Shown: piece by piece, positions 13,345 to 25,718 of the stretch
How positions within the stretch are numbered: the stretch's first letter is position 1
Layout of the letters: every line of letters begins with the position of its first letter
NCBI RefSeq assembly: GCF_009914755.1
Contig: NC_060935.1
Length of the DNA: 64,000 bases
Reading direction: 5' to 3' (one strand)
DNA from: the human T2T-CHM13v2.0 reference genome, Homo sapiens
Notes under the pieces: generated by a model
What the model was told of the DNA's origin: nothing
What the model saw: only the letters and a program-made list of their open reading frames with translations
Database searches by the model: none
Made by a program: the position numbers and the translations under genes

Positions 13345-15470
13345 GGAAATAAGAGAAATAGAAACAAAATAATATAAAATAATTGTAATAAATATGTTTG
13401 AGAGAATATATGGGAAAGAATTTTATCAGAGAAATTGAATATATTAAAAATAAATCTAAAGGTAATGAAATTGAAAAGCAGAATAACTGAAATTAAGAAT
13501 TGGATAGATTTAGCACATTTATAGAACAAATAATTAGTGAACTGGGAGTTATGTTGGTAAAAAGAAAAACCCAGCTTGGAACATACATGAGAAAAAAAGA
13601 TACAAATTAGAAAAATGAGAGTAAAACTTATGTAGATCCCAGTAAAAAGTTTTAACTTAAATGTAATTTGAGTCTCAGTAAGGAAGAAATAAACAGTAAG
13701 TGGGTCAGAAGCAATATCAAGAAGATAATGATACTAACTAATGAGATATTTCAACTCAGAGATTCAAGAAGTTTGCTAACCAAAACAGAAAAACTTCAAT
13801 GAATAACCATGCTTAGGTCCGTCATAGTAAAACTGGTGAAAACCAAAGGCAAGAAAAGAGCATCCAGAGATAGAAGATACTCTAGCTTCAAAACACTAAA
13901 ACTCATGTGTAACTTTTCACTATAAACAGTGGAAGTCAGAAGATAAGATAATGGCATTTTTATAGTACTAAAGTAAAGAATACTTGTAATATGCTAATAT
14001 TAAATATATAGTGGAAATATTTTTGAAAATGAAGGTAAAATGGCCATCCTTGCCTGCTCCTACCAAGAAAACCCCACAAAACTAGGTTTTTGACTGACAG
14101 ATTCATAATAAAGGAATTATTAAAGGAAATACTTAAGGCAGAATAAAACTAATCCCACACAGGAACATAGTAGTATAGTAAGTGAAGAGTGCTGGTAAAA
14201 GTAAATATAGAAGCAAAACATATATCTATATATACACAAATAAAATGTTTAAAGCAACAATGATTTTGAAGGTAGAATAAATGTAAAATAAAATTCATGA
14301 ATAACAGTACAAAGATTATGTTTGCATGGCTAAGAATTGAGAAAAATACTAATTTAAAGTAGGTTCTTATTTGCATTTTATGCTAGTATTTATAATATTA
14401 GCATTTTACTCATGTTACGGCAGCCACTAAAGGAGTAGTTGAAAGATTTATAACAAATCAATAAGAGAATATTATAGACTACTTCATCCCAAAATTTGGA
14501 AATTGAGTGGAAATAGAAAAATTTCTAGAAAAAATAAAATTTCTCAAAATTGACACAAAAGAAATAGAAAATGTAAATAGCTCTATCTTCATTAAAGCTA
14601 TAATCACAATCTACAGCCTTTCAACAAAGGAAACTCCTGTATTAGGTGGTTTCACCTGCAAATTCTTCCAAATAATTAAGGAAGAAATAACACCAATAAT
14701 ACATGAAATTGCAGAAAATAAAGATGGAACATATACCAATAAATTTTTTGAGAGAAAGAGCCATAGATTGGAAAAACAGATGAGGATAAACAATAAAGGA
14801 AAACTACAGACCTATCTATCTCAAAAAATGAAATAAAAAATCCTGAATACATTATTAGAAAATTGGATCCAGCAATATATTGTATGTAAAATTATATATC
14901 ACAAATAAATTGGACTTTCCAAATATGTTAAATTGGTTTATTATTTGGAAATATATCATTGTAAGTCACCACATTAGTAGAATATACAAGATGAATCATA
15001 CGTTCATGTTGATTGATACAAAAAGAAATTGATAAAAATTCAACAGTCATTCATACTAAAATTTTTTAGCAAACTGGAAATAAAATGAAAATTTGTTAAC
15101 CAGTGAAAATTAATTTAAAGTTTAGAGCAATTATAATATTTAGTAGTGAAATATGACAAACTCTTGTCCAAAGATAAACAATTTGACAGGACATCTGTGG
15201 TCATGGCTTCTATTTAGCATTTTGATAGAAGTCTTTCTGGCTAGAGCAATAAAAACAAAACAAAACAAACGAATGAATTTTATAAGAATTTTGCAAGGAG
15301 GAGTAAAATGTTTATCATTAATAGACAAAATCATTGTGTATTTAGAATATTATGTATGTATACAGATATATACTTATAAATATATATCCATGTATGTACT
15401 TATCTGAGTTTAGCAATGCTACTAAATACAAAGTCAATATGACACAATCAGTTTTATTTCTACTTGTAGC
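13345..15470 (+). mobile_element. Ancient L1M (ORF1 and ORF2 remnants, heavily diverged); probably continuous with fragments at ~3230-3620 and ~9990-10424
   Basis: A-rich L1 strand bias; ORF 14507-14836 (EIEKFLEK...SLSTKETPVLGGFTCKFFQIIKEEITPI) resembles L1 ORF2 EMDKFL...[18 protein letters not shown]. Confidence 0.8.
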
Positions 15471-16885
15471 AATGGACACGGAGGAACAGATCTAAGGAAA
15501 CATGAGTGAGATCTGTATAAGGCATTGCCACCTTTAGGCAAGGGTCTAGCATCTTGTTTCCTAGTGTTAGTTAATCATTAAATGCAGGTTGTCTCTGCCT
15601 TTACTGCACGGTGGTGGTTTGGAGACAAATCCTCCCAATATGATCATTTTTAAAGACAATAACCTACAGAACTAGCAGATGTGAACAGTTATCAGCCCAA
15701 ACTCACAACTATCACTAGCTGAAGTAGGGGTGCACTGGCTTAGTAAATGGGATTTGAAGGCATACTAACAGAGTCCCTGGCATTTGAGTTTCTGCCAGTT
15801 GCCTCCCCATCAGAAAAGAGTACTAATATTCCTCTCACCATAATTTATTATAACTCAATCAATAGTTTAGAAGATTACTAAGAATCCCTTTTAATATAGA
15901 AGGGAATTTAATATGGAAGAAAATTTCATAAAGATGAGAGTACAGGGTGAAATGCAGAAAAAAACAGCATGAGATGCAAAAATGAAAGTTTTTGAAAATA
16001 CAATGCTCAGATTTTTAAAAATACTGTTATAATACAAGAATGCTGGGCTAGACCATTTAAAAAGCAGAAATAAAATTCAATGTTGCCCTCTTAAAGATAA
16101 CATCTGACTAGCAGAATATATTCTACAAAATAAAAACTAAAAATCTCATTATAAAATTAAAACATACAACCATGAAAACAGAATCAAACACAATTTTCTG
16201 TAATGATGAGTTTGAAGATATGAAATGAAAATCACCACTGGTGATTGAAGCTAAAACAAAATTTTGTTCCAAAGGAAATAAAATTTGGGGAAGGAGATGA
16301 GAAGACATCTTTGCATTTTATTTTTGGATTTTAGAAATCAAGATCTCCACCAAGAAAACTAGTTGTCATGATTTTAATCCCTTAAGGCATTTGTTTATTC
16401 TGTTTCTAGTAATGTAATAAAGAAATGTGTAAATAGATGCTAGCCCTCTTATTCTAGAATTTGAAATCAAGCAAGGAATAATTTGTGACAGAAAAAGTAA
16501 TGGGGATGGTACTGTCTTCAAATTTTAGTTTTGAAATTTTAGATTTTTTCTCTGGCTTTCTGGCCAGAGGAAAATTAAGCATTACAGTTGACCCTCGAAA
16601 AACAGAAGGGTTAGGGGTACTGCTCCCCCACCATGCAGTCAAAAATCTGCATATAACTTTAGACTCCCCCATATCTTAACTACAGCCTATTCTTGGCCAG
16701 AAGCCTTATCAATAACATAAATAGTTGATTAACACATATTAGTATGTTACAAGTATTTTGTACTGTATTCTTAAAGTAAGCAAATGAAAATAAAATGTTA
16801 TTAAGAAAATTGTAAGAAAGAGAACATATACTGCTGACCCTTGAAGAACATGGATTTGAACTGTGTGCCACCACTCATGAGTGCA

Positions 16886-17187
16886 TTTTTTTCTTTTTTG
16901 AGTTGGGTTCTCACTGTGTTTGCCTAGGCTGGAGTGGAGTGGTGTGATCATGGTGCACTGCAGCCTCAAACTTCCTGCTCAAGCAATTCTCCTACCTCCA
17001 ACTCTCAAGTAGCTGGGTCTACAGGTATGCATTGCTATACCCAACTAATTTTTTTAAATAAATATTTTGTAGAGACAAGGTCTCACTACGTGGCCCGGGC
17101 TAGTCTCAAATTTCTGGCTTCAAGCAATCTTCCTGCCTCAGCCTCCCAAAGTTTTGGGATTACAGATGTCAGCCACTAAGCCCAGCC
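16886..17187 (-). mobile_element. AluJ
   Basis: T tail, dimeric Alu with J-type features (ggtctcactac..., gcaatcttcctgcctcagcc). Confidence 0.92.
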
Positions 17188-17217
17188 TGGATTTTTTTCA
17201 ATAAAAGTCAACGGGGT

Positions 17218-17523
17218 GACCGGGCACAGAGGCTCACACCTGTAATTCCAGCACTTTGGGAGGCCTAGGCGGGCGGATCACGAGGTCACGAGACCATCCT
17301 GGCTAACACGGTGAAACCTCGTCTCTACTAAAAATACCAAAAACAAAAACAAAAACAAAAACAAAAAACTAGCTGAGTGTGGTGGCAGGCGCCTGTAGTC
17401 CCAGCTACTCGTGAGGCTGAGGCAGGAGACTGGCATGAACCCACAAGGCGGACCTTGCAGTGGCAACAGAGCAAGTCTGGGCAACAGAGCGAGACTCCAT
17501 CTCAAAAAAAAAAAAAAAAAAAA
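17218..17523 (+). mobile_element. AluY-type element with internal deletions and an expanded (CAAAAA)n linker
   Basis: gagaccatcctggctaacacggtgaaac and ggcatgaaccc diagnostics; TSD aaagtcaacggggt / aaagttaacagggt. Confidence 0.9.
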
Positions 17524-18971
17524 GTTAACAGGGTGTTAACGGGGAACTCTTCTGCCTCATCTTCACCTTCTTTACCTCTTCTGCCACTCCTGAGACAGCA
17601 AAGCCAGTCTTACCTCTCACTCCCACTCCTTAGCCTACACGATGTGAAGATGTTGAAGATGAAGACCTCTATGATGATACACTTCCATTTAATGAATAGT
17701 AAATATGTTTCCTCTTACTTGCAATTTTCTTTGTAATATTTTCTTTTTTCTAAGTTACTTTATTGTAAAAATAAGGTACGTAATACATATACAAAAATAT
17801 GTTTATGTTATTTGTAAGGCTTCTGGTCAGCAGTAGGCTATTAGTAGTTAAGTTTGGGGAGAGACGAAATTATACACATTTTTACTGTGTGGTGGGTTGA
17901 CGCCCTAGCCCCTGCATAGTTTGAGGGTCAACTCTGGGTAATATTCAGTGGAAGTGGATTATCATAAAGGTCTTCATGCTCATTGTCTTCACGTTGAGTA
18001 GGCCAAGTAGGAGGAGGAAGAAGAGGAGTTGGTCTTGTCTCAGGGGTGGCAGAGGTAGAAGAAAATCCACATATAAGTGGACATGTTCAGTTCAAACCCG
18101 TGTTGATCAAGTACCAACTCTATTTTCAATTACTGACAAATAATTTTCACTTTTCTTAATTCAATCCAGAGAGAGCTGATGATCCCTTCCCTTAATTCTG
18201 TTAAGCCACATTTGATAAACTAGACACAATTTTTTTTCCTGAAAAGCTACATATTAATACATCTGCTGGCTCTCTAGCTTAAGTCCTGAGAGGAAACACT
18301 GATACTCAACCAGTAAACAGGAATAGAAATGAAGGAAAATGCTAGTTTATGGCCAAGTACTATGAATGACTGAATCTCTTTTTATTCAAAGATGTGTAAA
18401 CAGAAATACAGAACCAAAAACTGACCATAAAATGATTATGTACTCAAGTCACAGAAAAAAAATACTCAAGGAACAGAGCATACTTTAAATATTATAAATA
18501 TCAGTAACAAAAATATTAAAAATACATTTGCTTTGGTTCTGGAATATAATTAAATGAATTAAGAACTTTATAAATCTCAAATTTTGACAAAAATGAACTA
18601 AGGTTTTTTAAAAAGAGATGTTGTTGAATAGAGAATGGGAATAAAAAGGCAGCCATTTTATATGTGGGATTATTAAAATAAAATTATTTATGGATGCACA
18701 GATACACACAAACCAATACACACATGCAAATTTTTTTTAAAAAAATCATTATAAACAGTAAATTTCAAAAACAATTTTAGAGGAAACATGTTTGATGATT
18801 TGTAAGATAACTTAGCAATAATTCCTAGAATACAGAAGTAAGAGTGATACAACAGGGCAAATGGGGAGAGAATATGACCACTATGGAAGAGCCAGAAGAA
18901 AACACACACTGTTTGTGGGAGTGTTGCATAATAGACAAACTCGTAATAGTTGCTGGTAGTGATAGTCAGTA

Positions 18972-19490
18972 TGTTCATTTATTCAACAAATATTTAGCAC
19001 CTATGATGCATGAGGCATTACTATAGATAACTATAACTGGAATACATCAGTGCAGAAAACAGTTAAAGATACCTACGTATGTAGCGTCCAGAGTGAGAAG
19101 AGAGAAAAATTTAAAATATCACAATAAATGGTTAAAGTCAGGAGTTTGAGGGTGGAAGTTGCAGAAGAAAGAAGGTAATAAGGCTGGACGTCATTGAAGA
19201 AGTGAATTTTGAGGAAAACATTGTCAGAAATATGGTAGACTCCAAGCAGGTAGCTGAGAGAAGAATAATTTACAAGAGGGAACTAAGAGGCTAGAACATG
19301 AATGTTGCATAAAAACAGCAGCCAGGAGGCCAAGTGTGTTCACAGCGGAATAAATGAGGAAGAAAGTAGTGAAAGAGAGGTCAGAGCTTAAATAGTGGGC
19401 CACATATGTAGCCCTTATAGGAATTTTGGCTCTTACTTTGATTGAAATAGGGAGCCACTAGGGTTCTAGACAGAAATTTAATAACCTTTC
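18972..19490 (-). mobile_element. L2 3' fragment
   Basis: ttcatttattcaacaaatatttagcacc terminus and typical L2 body. Confidence 0.75.
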
Positions 19491-19499
19491 TAGAGAGAA

Positions 19500-20000
19500 A
19501 TTTAATAAGGTGAAACATGAGATTTGAAAACATTCATATTCATTGCTCTAGTAATTATATTTTATATAATTCACCCTGAAGACATAATTAGATATGCAGC
19601 AATGATTTATGTCCAATGATACCATAACAGCAGTGAATTTATTATAACAAACAATTGAAAACAACTTACTGTTTCGATGATAGGGTGGATTAAATAAAGT
19701 GTGGAATACTCTGCAAGCCTTATAAAAATATTGCTTTTATCAAAAACAAAACAAAAAAATTTTTATAGAATAAAAGCTGGTAAAAATGGAAGTGGACCTG
19801 TGTAAATATGCCTTTTTAAAATAAAAGGCTAATTAACATAAACAAATGAATTAATACATGAAGGGAACAAGAGGAAAATTCTAGCATAGTAGAAGGGAAT
19901 GTCTTGGGGTGCTGGTATTACAGATTTTTAAAAATTTTTTCTTTAGACATATTTACAAATTTATTTTTGGTAAGTTAGTATGCATATTTGAAAGAAATAA
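19500..20000 (+). mobile_element. Old L1ME-type 3'UTR fragment
   Basis: aattgaaaacaac...ggattaaataaagtgtggaatactctgca pattern. Confidence 0.55.
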
Positions 20001-20713
20001 CCATTCTTCAAAATAAAAAAGATTATGGAATAAATTACTTAGAAAAATCTGTGTCAAGAGGTCAAACATGATATATGTTATTTTAATGATGGGGATAGCA
20101 AACAGAGATTTCTTATTATGATCCAGGCACTGCTTTAAATGTTCTGCCTTAATTAAAGCAATCTGCTTTCTGATCTGCTAGATTCAAATTAATTTTGTGG
20201 ACTATAAGGAGTTGTAGAAATCTATTTTATTTCATCTACTGGATCAAAAGATGCACAACAAAGATCCCTTGATAGCATCTTAATGGCCAAAATTAGCATA
20301 TTTTGCATGATATTTCAGTCTAAGGCTCTGATTACAAACAAAATAAAACATAAAACTGTACCAACTATGGAGCATTTTTATGTTTCAGAGGTTTCATGAA
20401 ATATTACCACACATTATAATTTTTAATCTTTACAACAATGTGAAGTAAGCATTATTCATAATTTACATGTCATAAAAGTGAGTCTTTGGGTGGCTACATT
20501 GTTCAAAAATATCTTAGCTGACAAATGCCAGAAGCAGGATACCACCCGAGGCCATACCCAATACTCAATCTCAATTTTTTTTAACCACTCCTCTGAACTT
20601 CCCAAGGCACAATTTTAACCCTTAAATTGCTAGATTTTCATTAAAATGTTGAGTACTTTTCTTTCACTAAATTTATCTAAGTTCATTAGGTTCCTAAACA
20701 ATCTATTTCATAA

Positions 20714-21016
20714 TTTTTATTTATTTTTTTTTTCCTGAGGCTGTCTCATTCTGTCGCCCAGGCTGGAATACAGTAGCATGAACTTGGCTCATTGAAACCT
20801 CCGCCCCCTGGGTTCAAGAGATTCTCCTGCTTCAGCCTCCCTAGCAGCTTGGATTACAGGCGTGCACTACCATGCCCAGCTAATTCTTGTATTTTTAATA
20901 GAGACGGGGTTTTGCCATGTTGGCCAGTCTGGTCTCGAACTCCTCACCGCAAGTGATTCGCCCACCTCAGCCTCCCAAAGTACTGGGATTACAAGTGTGA
21001 GCCACCGCACCCCACC
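20714..21016 (-). mobile_element. AluS (Sx/Sz-like)
   Basis: Full dimeric Alu; TSD ctatttcataatttt / ctatttagtaatttt. Confidence 0.93.
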
Positions 21017-21543
21017 CTATTTAGTAATTTTCAATGACCACATTATACACTTAGAATTAGAGAATGCTAGAATCCAAAGAGGATTTATATATCTTGTCTA
21101 ACCTGACAACTCAATACCAAAAATCCCATTTAAATGTGCATCTGCTATGTCAGACCATAAATTATGATACTTCTGGTTAATGCTTCTTATTGGCATTGTC
21201 CTAACTCTACTTCCTGCTCAAATGGAACTGTTCCCACATTATTTTCAAGGACTGTTCTATAGTTTCATAGCATCCTTCAAAGTTTTAGAAAATGTGAAGT
21301 GAGTTTAGACTCAGATATCTTTGCCTTTATAAGAAGGAGTGATATCTTTAGTAGCAAATTTAGTAATTGGGTAAAATATATTCAAATGCCCAAATATATA
21401 TTAAACACCTGAATTCACATGTGTGTGCACACATACCAACCTCTTGTACTCATTCATTTAGTGGCAAGTACAGGTGGCTAGAACACTTATAACATTCCAG
21501 GCAATATTCTAGATCCTAATGGTACACTGCTAACAAAAAAAGG

Positions 21544-21985
21544 TGTGATGGTTAATACTGAGTGCCAACTTGATTGGATTGAAGGATACAAAGTATTAAT
21601 ACCAGTGTGTCTGGGAGGGTGTTGCCAAAGAGATTAACATTTGAGTCAGTGGGCTGGGGAAGGCAGATCCACCCTTAATATGGTGGTCACAATCTAATCA
21701 GCTTCCAGTAAATATAAAGCCGGCAGAAAAACATGAAAAGCAGATGATGGGCCTAGCCTCCCCAGCCTATATCTTTCTCCCAAGCTGGATGCTTCCTGCC
21801 CTTGAATATCAGACTCCAAGTTCATCAGTTTTTGGTCTTGGACTGGCTCTCCTTGCCCCTCAGCTTGCAGACGGCCTATTGTGGGATCTTGTGATTGTAC
21901 AAGTTAATACTTAATAAACTCCCCCATATATATGTATACATGTATATAGAAGATATGTCCCTCTGAGAGAACCCTGACCAATGCA
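21544..21985 (+). mobile_element. MLT2A (A1/A2) ERVL solo LTR, inserted in an L2 fragment
   Basis: tgtgatggttaatactgagtgccaacttgattggattgaagg...gagaaccctgaccaatgca; TSD aaagg/atagg. Confidence 0.92.
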
Positions 21986-22349
21986 ATAGGCAATGTTCCT
22001 CACCTTCAGACTTTAGGGAGGACACACGCCTGAAATAGCCAAGAGAATTTTTTGAATGGGGAAATGACTGGAGATTGCACAATTGCTAATAAAGCTGGAC
22101 CCAAAGTAATTGTTCTGAAACTATTTAACTTTATTAATATAATTTACACTAATTTTATCTTTAGGCTGGTTGAGGCCAGGAAAATATGCATTATATTATT
22201 TTACAGAATTTTAGAGTTGAAAAGAACATAAATATCACCTATGCTCAATCTTCCTGCTTATTTGTAGGATTTCTTTAACTTTCCCCATTAATCTGGGTTC
22301 TGCCTACTAGACAATATAAGAACAAGAAAACATGACATGAGAAAGGTAT

Positions 22350-22520
22350 TTTTATTATTACAATGCTCTATAATATAGGTCAGCATTCTTATTTTACAGA
22401 TTTTATTAAAAAAACGATGCTTAAAGAAGTAAATTTCCAGCCTAAGACATACAGTTATTAAGTGGAAGATCAGAGATTAGAGCACAGGTCTGTTTGTCTT
22501 GAGACCTGGGTTCCTGATCA
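22350..22520 (-). mobile_element. MIR fragment
   Basis: attttacaga...cctaagacatacagttattaagtgg core. Confidence 0.55.
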
Positions 22521-24167
22521 TACGATTCCCTCCCTAGTCAAGTTCTTCCAAGTTAACAAGTTCAGTCCTTCATGCAAAGACTCTGCTAGGTGACTTGAGA
22601 GAAAAAACTCTGTGTCTCATAGTGCCTGACTTTCAGATGTTCACATGACAGCATGATCAACAGATATATGCTTGATTTTACTCTGCTAGATTGACCAATT
22701 TGTTAAAACAATTTGTAAGAGATGTGCTAGGGGAATAGAGCTAAAAACATAATTAATGCCAAATAGGAGAAATTAGGCATGGTTTCACAATGATTATTTG
22801 AGGTAGTATTGAAGATAAATGGGATTTTGACAAATATAGATATGGTAAGGCATACCCTATAGTCTTATTATGATATAAAAAGTAAGTAAGAGCTGACTTC
22901 CAGCTACCCGAGAATTCTCTACTATATCAGATCCTTGCTGCCTACACTCAAAGAAGGACGAATATGACAAAAAATATGAGTTTTAGTGGCAGCTCTCAAC
23001 CAATAACAAATGAGAGTTTGTCTTCTTTACTTCCCTTTTGGTGTTTCCTAGGATGTCTGACCTGCTAAACTACCTCATTCGAATCCTTGACTCAAGATCT
23101 GCTTCTGGGAAGCCCTAAGACTTTACCTCCACTAATCTCAGCCTGCATACTAGAGTGGGTGGTTCTCAAGAGACTGAAGAGGCTACTGTCAGTCTCAAGG
23201 TCATCTAGCAAATTTCCCCTCAGTAAATTCAAAATCTTAGTAAATTCAAAGGCAAACTCAGACTGCAACAGCCAAGAGAGTAGTTGTCAACTACTGACAC
23301 CAACTGTGAATCTCAACTTCTGCCCATGTGGGCCCTCTAATGTTGTCAAGATTGATGAGGTCCCTTGGTATTCTACCTTCCAAGTCTCACACTAATGCCT
23401 CTCTCTTGACATTTAATGCAAAAATTCTGAAAGCAGTGATGGTGATGTTGAATCAAAAACAAAAAAATCAGCATAATTTTAACCTAAACATTGTTTCATC
23501 ATTTGTGTGTACAAATACCACTACCTGCCACTGTTTTCATTTCATATCAACATTAGCCATGGTGAGATTTCTCACCTCTTCTTTTTCTCTCTGCAAAGAA
23601 AAATTTTACCCAGTCTTCAAAGTGCACTTTTATCACTCTCTTGTGGTAATGTTGGGCAGCTGGATGAGATTTGAATAAAGATCAGGTTCTCTTAGTGAGA
23701 ATTAACAGAGAACAATGCCAAACTTAAGGAAAATTAATGACAAAGAATTAAGGAATAAAAAGCTGAAGAGAATTAGGAAATTTATTCAAACCCATATGGC
23801 TAACTACTGATTTTAGAAAAGCATCCAGCAAATATTAATGAATTAGCATTTTGAGGAGGTTCCCAGCACTTTGCATTTCCTGTCTTTCTGACTCTGGGAG
23901 AGTTATCATTTCCAAAATGTTGTATCAGCAAGCTTCATCATTAAAATGGGAGCAGTCAGTGCTACTGGAAAAGTTTTACTTAATTTAGTTCTGGAACTGA
24001 ATATTGGCTTGATGACCTTCTTTGAAAGAATTTGAAAACAAAACCCCTTCTCAAACAATGACATATTTTCTTCTTTCTGTTTTGTTTGTGTGCATAACCA
24101 AGCCATCTAACCAAAGATTTTCCCAAATTTTATTTGTCTGGGAAAATCAAATTCAATCTTTAGATAT

Positions 24168-24201
24168 ATGTGTGTGTGTGTGTGTGTGTGTATGTGTGTG
24201 T
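24168..24201. repeat. (TG)n microsatellite
   Basis: Directly visible. Confidence 0.95.
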
Positions 24202-25409
24202 GGTGTTTGTGACGTGTTCCTCTATATACCAAAGGAAGAAAATATTTGACATTATGCTCTGGATTATGTTCTTCTGATTGCCTGGAAATTGTGATAATGA
24301 TTTCTCCTAAAAATTTATTACAGTTGTAAGGCTCTATGTCATGCTTCCATGCGTATTTTCTCTTCTAATCATCACAATAAACCTATTGCATTGATAGTTT
24401 TATTATCTTCACTTTTATAAACAGTTAAATAAGTTAAATAAGTTGTCTAAGAGCACAAATTATTAAGAGCTGGATTCAAGATCCAAGATTGTTTAGGTCC
24501 TGCTTTTAACCAAAAAATCTTCTGTCCCTAGAAGATATTTAATTTTGTTTAAGTGTTTATGGTTCAATATTGGAGTATTTCAATGACTCAGGCACAGGAT
24601 CTGAGGCCCCTAACATGTAAGGTGGACCAGGATGCTTGCAATTTTCTGTCCATTACCACACATGACTGTATATTAGCATACTAAACATAAGCAGTAAATA
24701 TCAGGCTTTGTTTGAATTTAAAATAACAAGATTTTCACCATAGGGACCAGATCTTCATTTTTTAAAGTGAAAATGTATTGAAATAGGTGGATATAATTAG
24801 AATCAACATTTCATATTTTGATCTCAAAGGCCACCATATTACCAGTTCTATCTCTCCTCTTTGAAATGGCTGTAGAACTTCCATGAACCTAGATAGGACG
24901 TGGTCAAATTACCATTTCCTGTACTAAATGTCCAAGTGACTGGAAACAAATAAGAACTCTCCAGGTTATTTCAGTGGGTAGCCTTGACAAACTATGACTC
25001 TATGAGGAATTCCAGTGAGCAAGAATAAAGTAACCCTTAAGAACATGATTAAGTACTTGTTTTGTACTCCTGGATTTGATAACTATATACATGATAGTGT
25101 TCTGTTTGTGTTAAGCCTATAATATACGATCTTTAAAAATAAAAAAGTCATAGTGCGAAGTAGGGAGAGGAGTTGGAAGCCAAATCCAGGAAAGATATTA
25201 CTACTGCAATGCTCACATGATGATAAGTCTGTATTGAGCGTATTATCTGCCTTCAATAAAGTGATTTTTCAGATAGTCTTGATCCAGAAAGCATCTCTCT
25301 GCTTATGCTGTTTAGAATGGTTACTATTTAAGTATATTTCTGCCTTAAATGTGAGCCTGAAAAGTGCAGATTACAAGAAAAACAAAGACAAAACAAGAAA
25401 ATATTTCTG

Positions 25410-25718
25410 GGCCTGGAGCGGTGGCTCACGCCTGTAATCCCAGCACTTTGGGAGGCTGAGGCAGGTGGATCACCTGAGGTCAGGAGTTCGAGACCAGCCT
25501 GGCCACCATGGTGAAACTCCATCTCAACTAAAAATAAAAAAAAATTAGCCAGGCATGGTGGCAGGCACCTGTAATCCCAGCTACTCAGGGGCCTGAGGCA
25601 GGAGAATCACTTAAACCCGGGAGGCAGAAGTTGCAGTGGGCTGAGATTGCACCATTGCCCTCCAGCCTGGGCAACTAAAGCGAAACTGTCTCAAAAGAAA
25701 AAAAAAAAAGAAAAAAAA
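25410..25718 (+). mobile_element. AluS (Sq-like)
   Basis: Full Alu with attgcaccattg and gcgaaact features; poly-A tail. Confidence 0.93.

Larger units (their letters stand above)
16831..17934 (+). mobile_element. Second Tigger2-family element inserted in opposite orientation into the first, itself interrupted by two Alus
   Basis: Starts after TA with ctgctgacccttgaagaacatggatttgaactg, ends tttgagggtcaactc; body is the reverse complement of the outer element. Confidence 0.85.
16585..18120 (-). mobile_element. Tigger2-family non-autonomous DNA transposon (Tigger2a/MER28-like), outer element, split into 16585-16830 and ~17940-18120
   Basis: TIRs cagttgaccc...caactc flanked by TA at both ends; the two pieces join into the Tigger2a body. 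Confidence 0.85.

Noticed and set aside
23087-23678. 102-aa and 116-aa ORFs in apparently unique DNA
   Set aside because: Non-ATG starts, no recognisable domain, and an upstream in-frame stop; consistent with chance.
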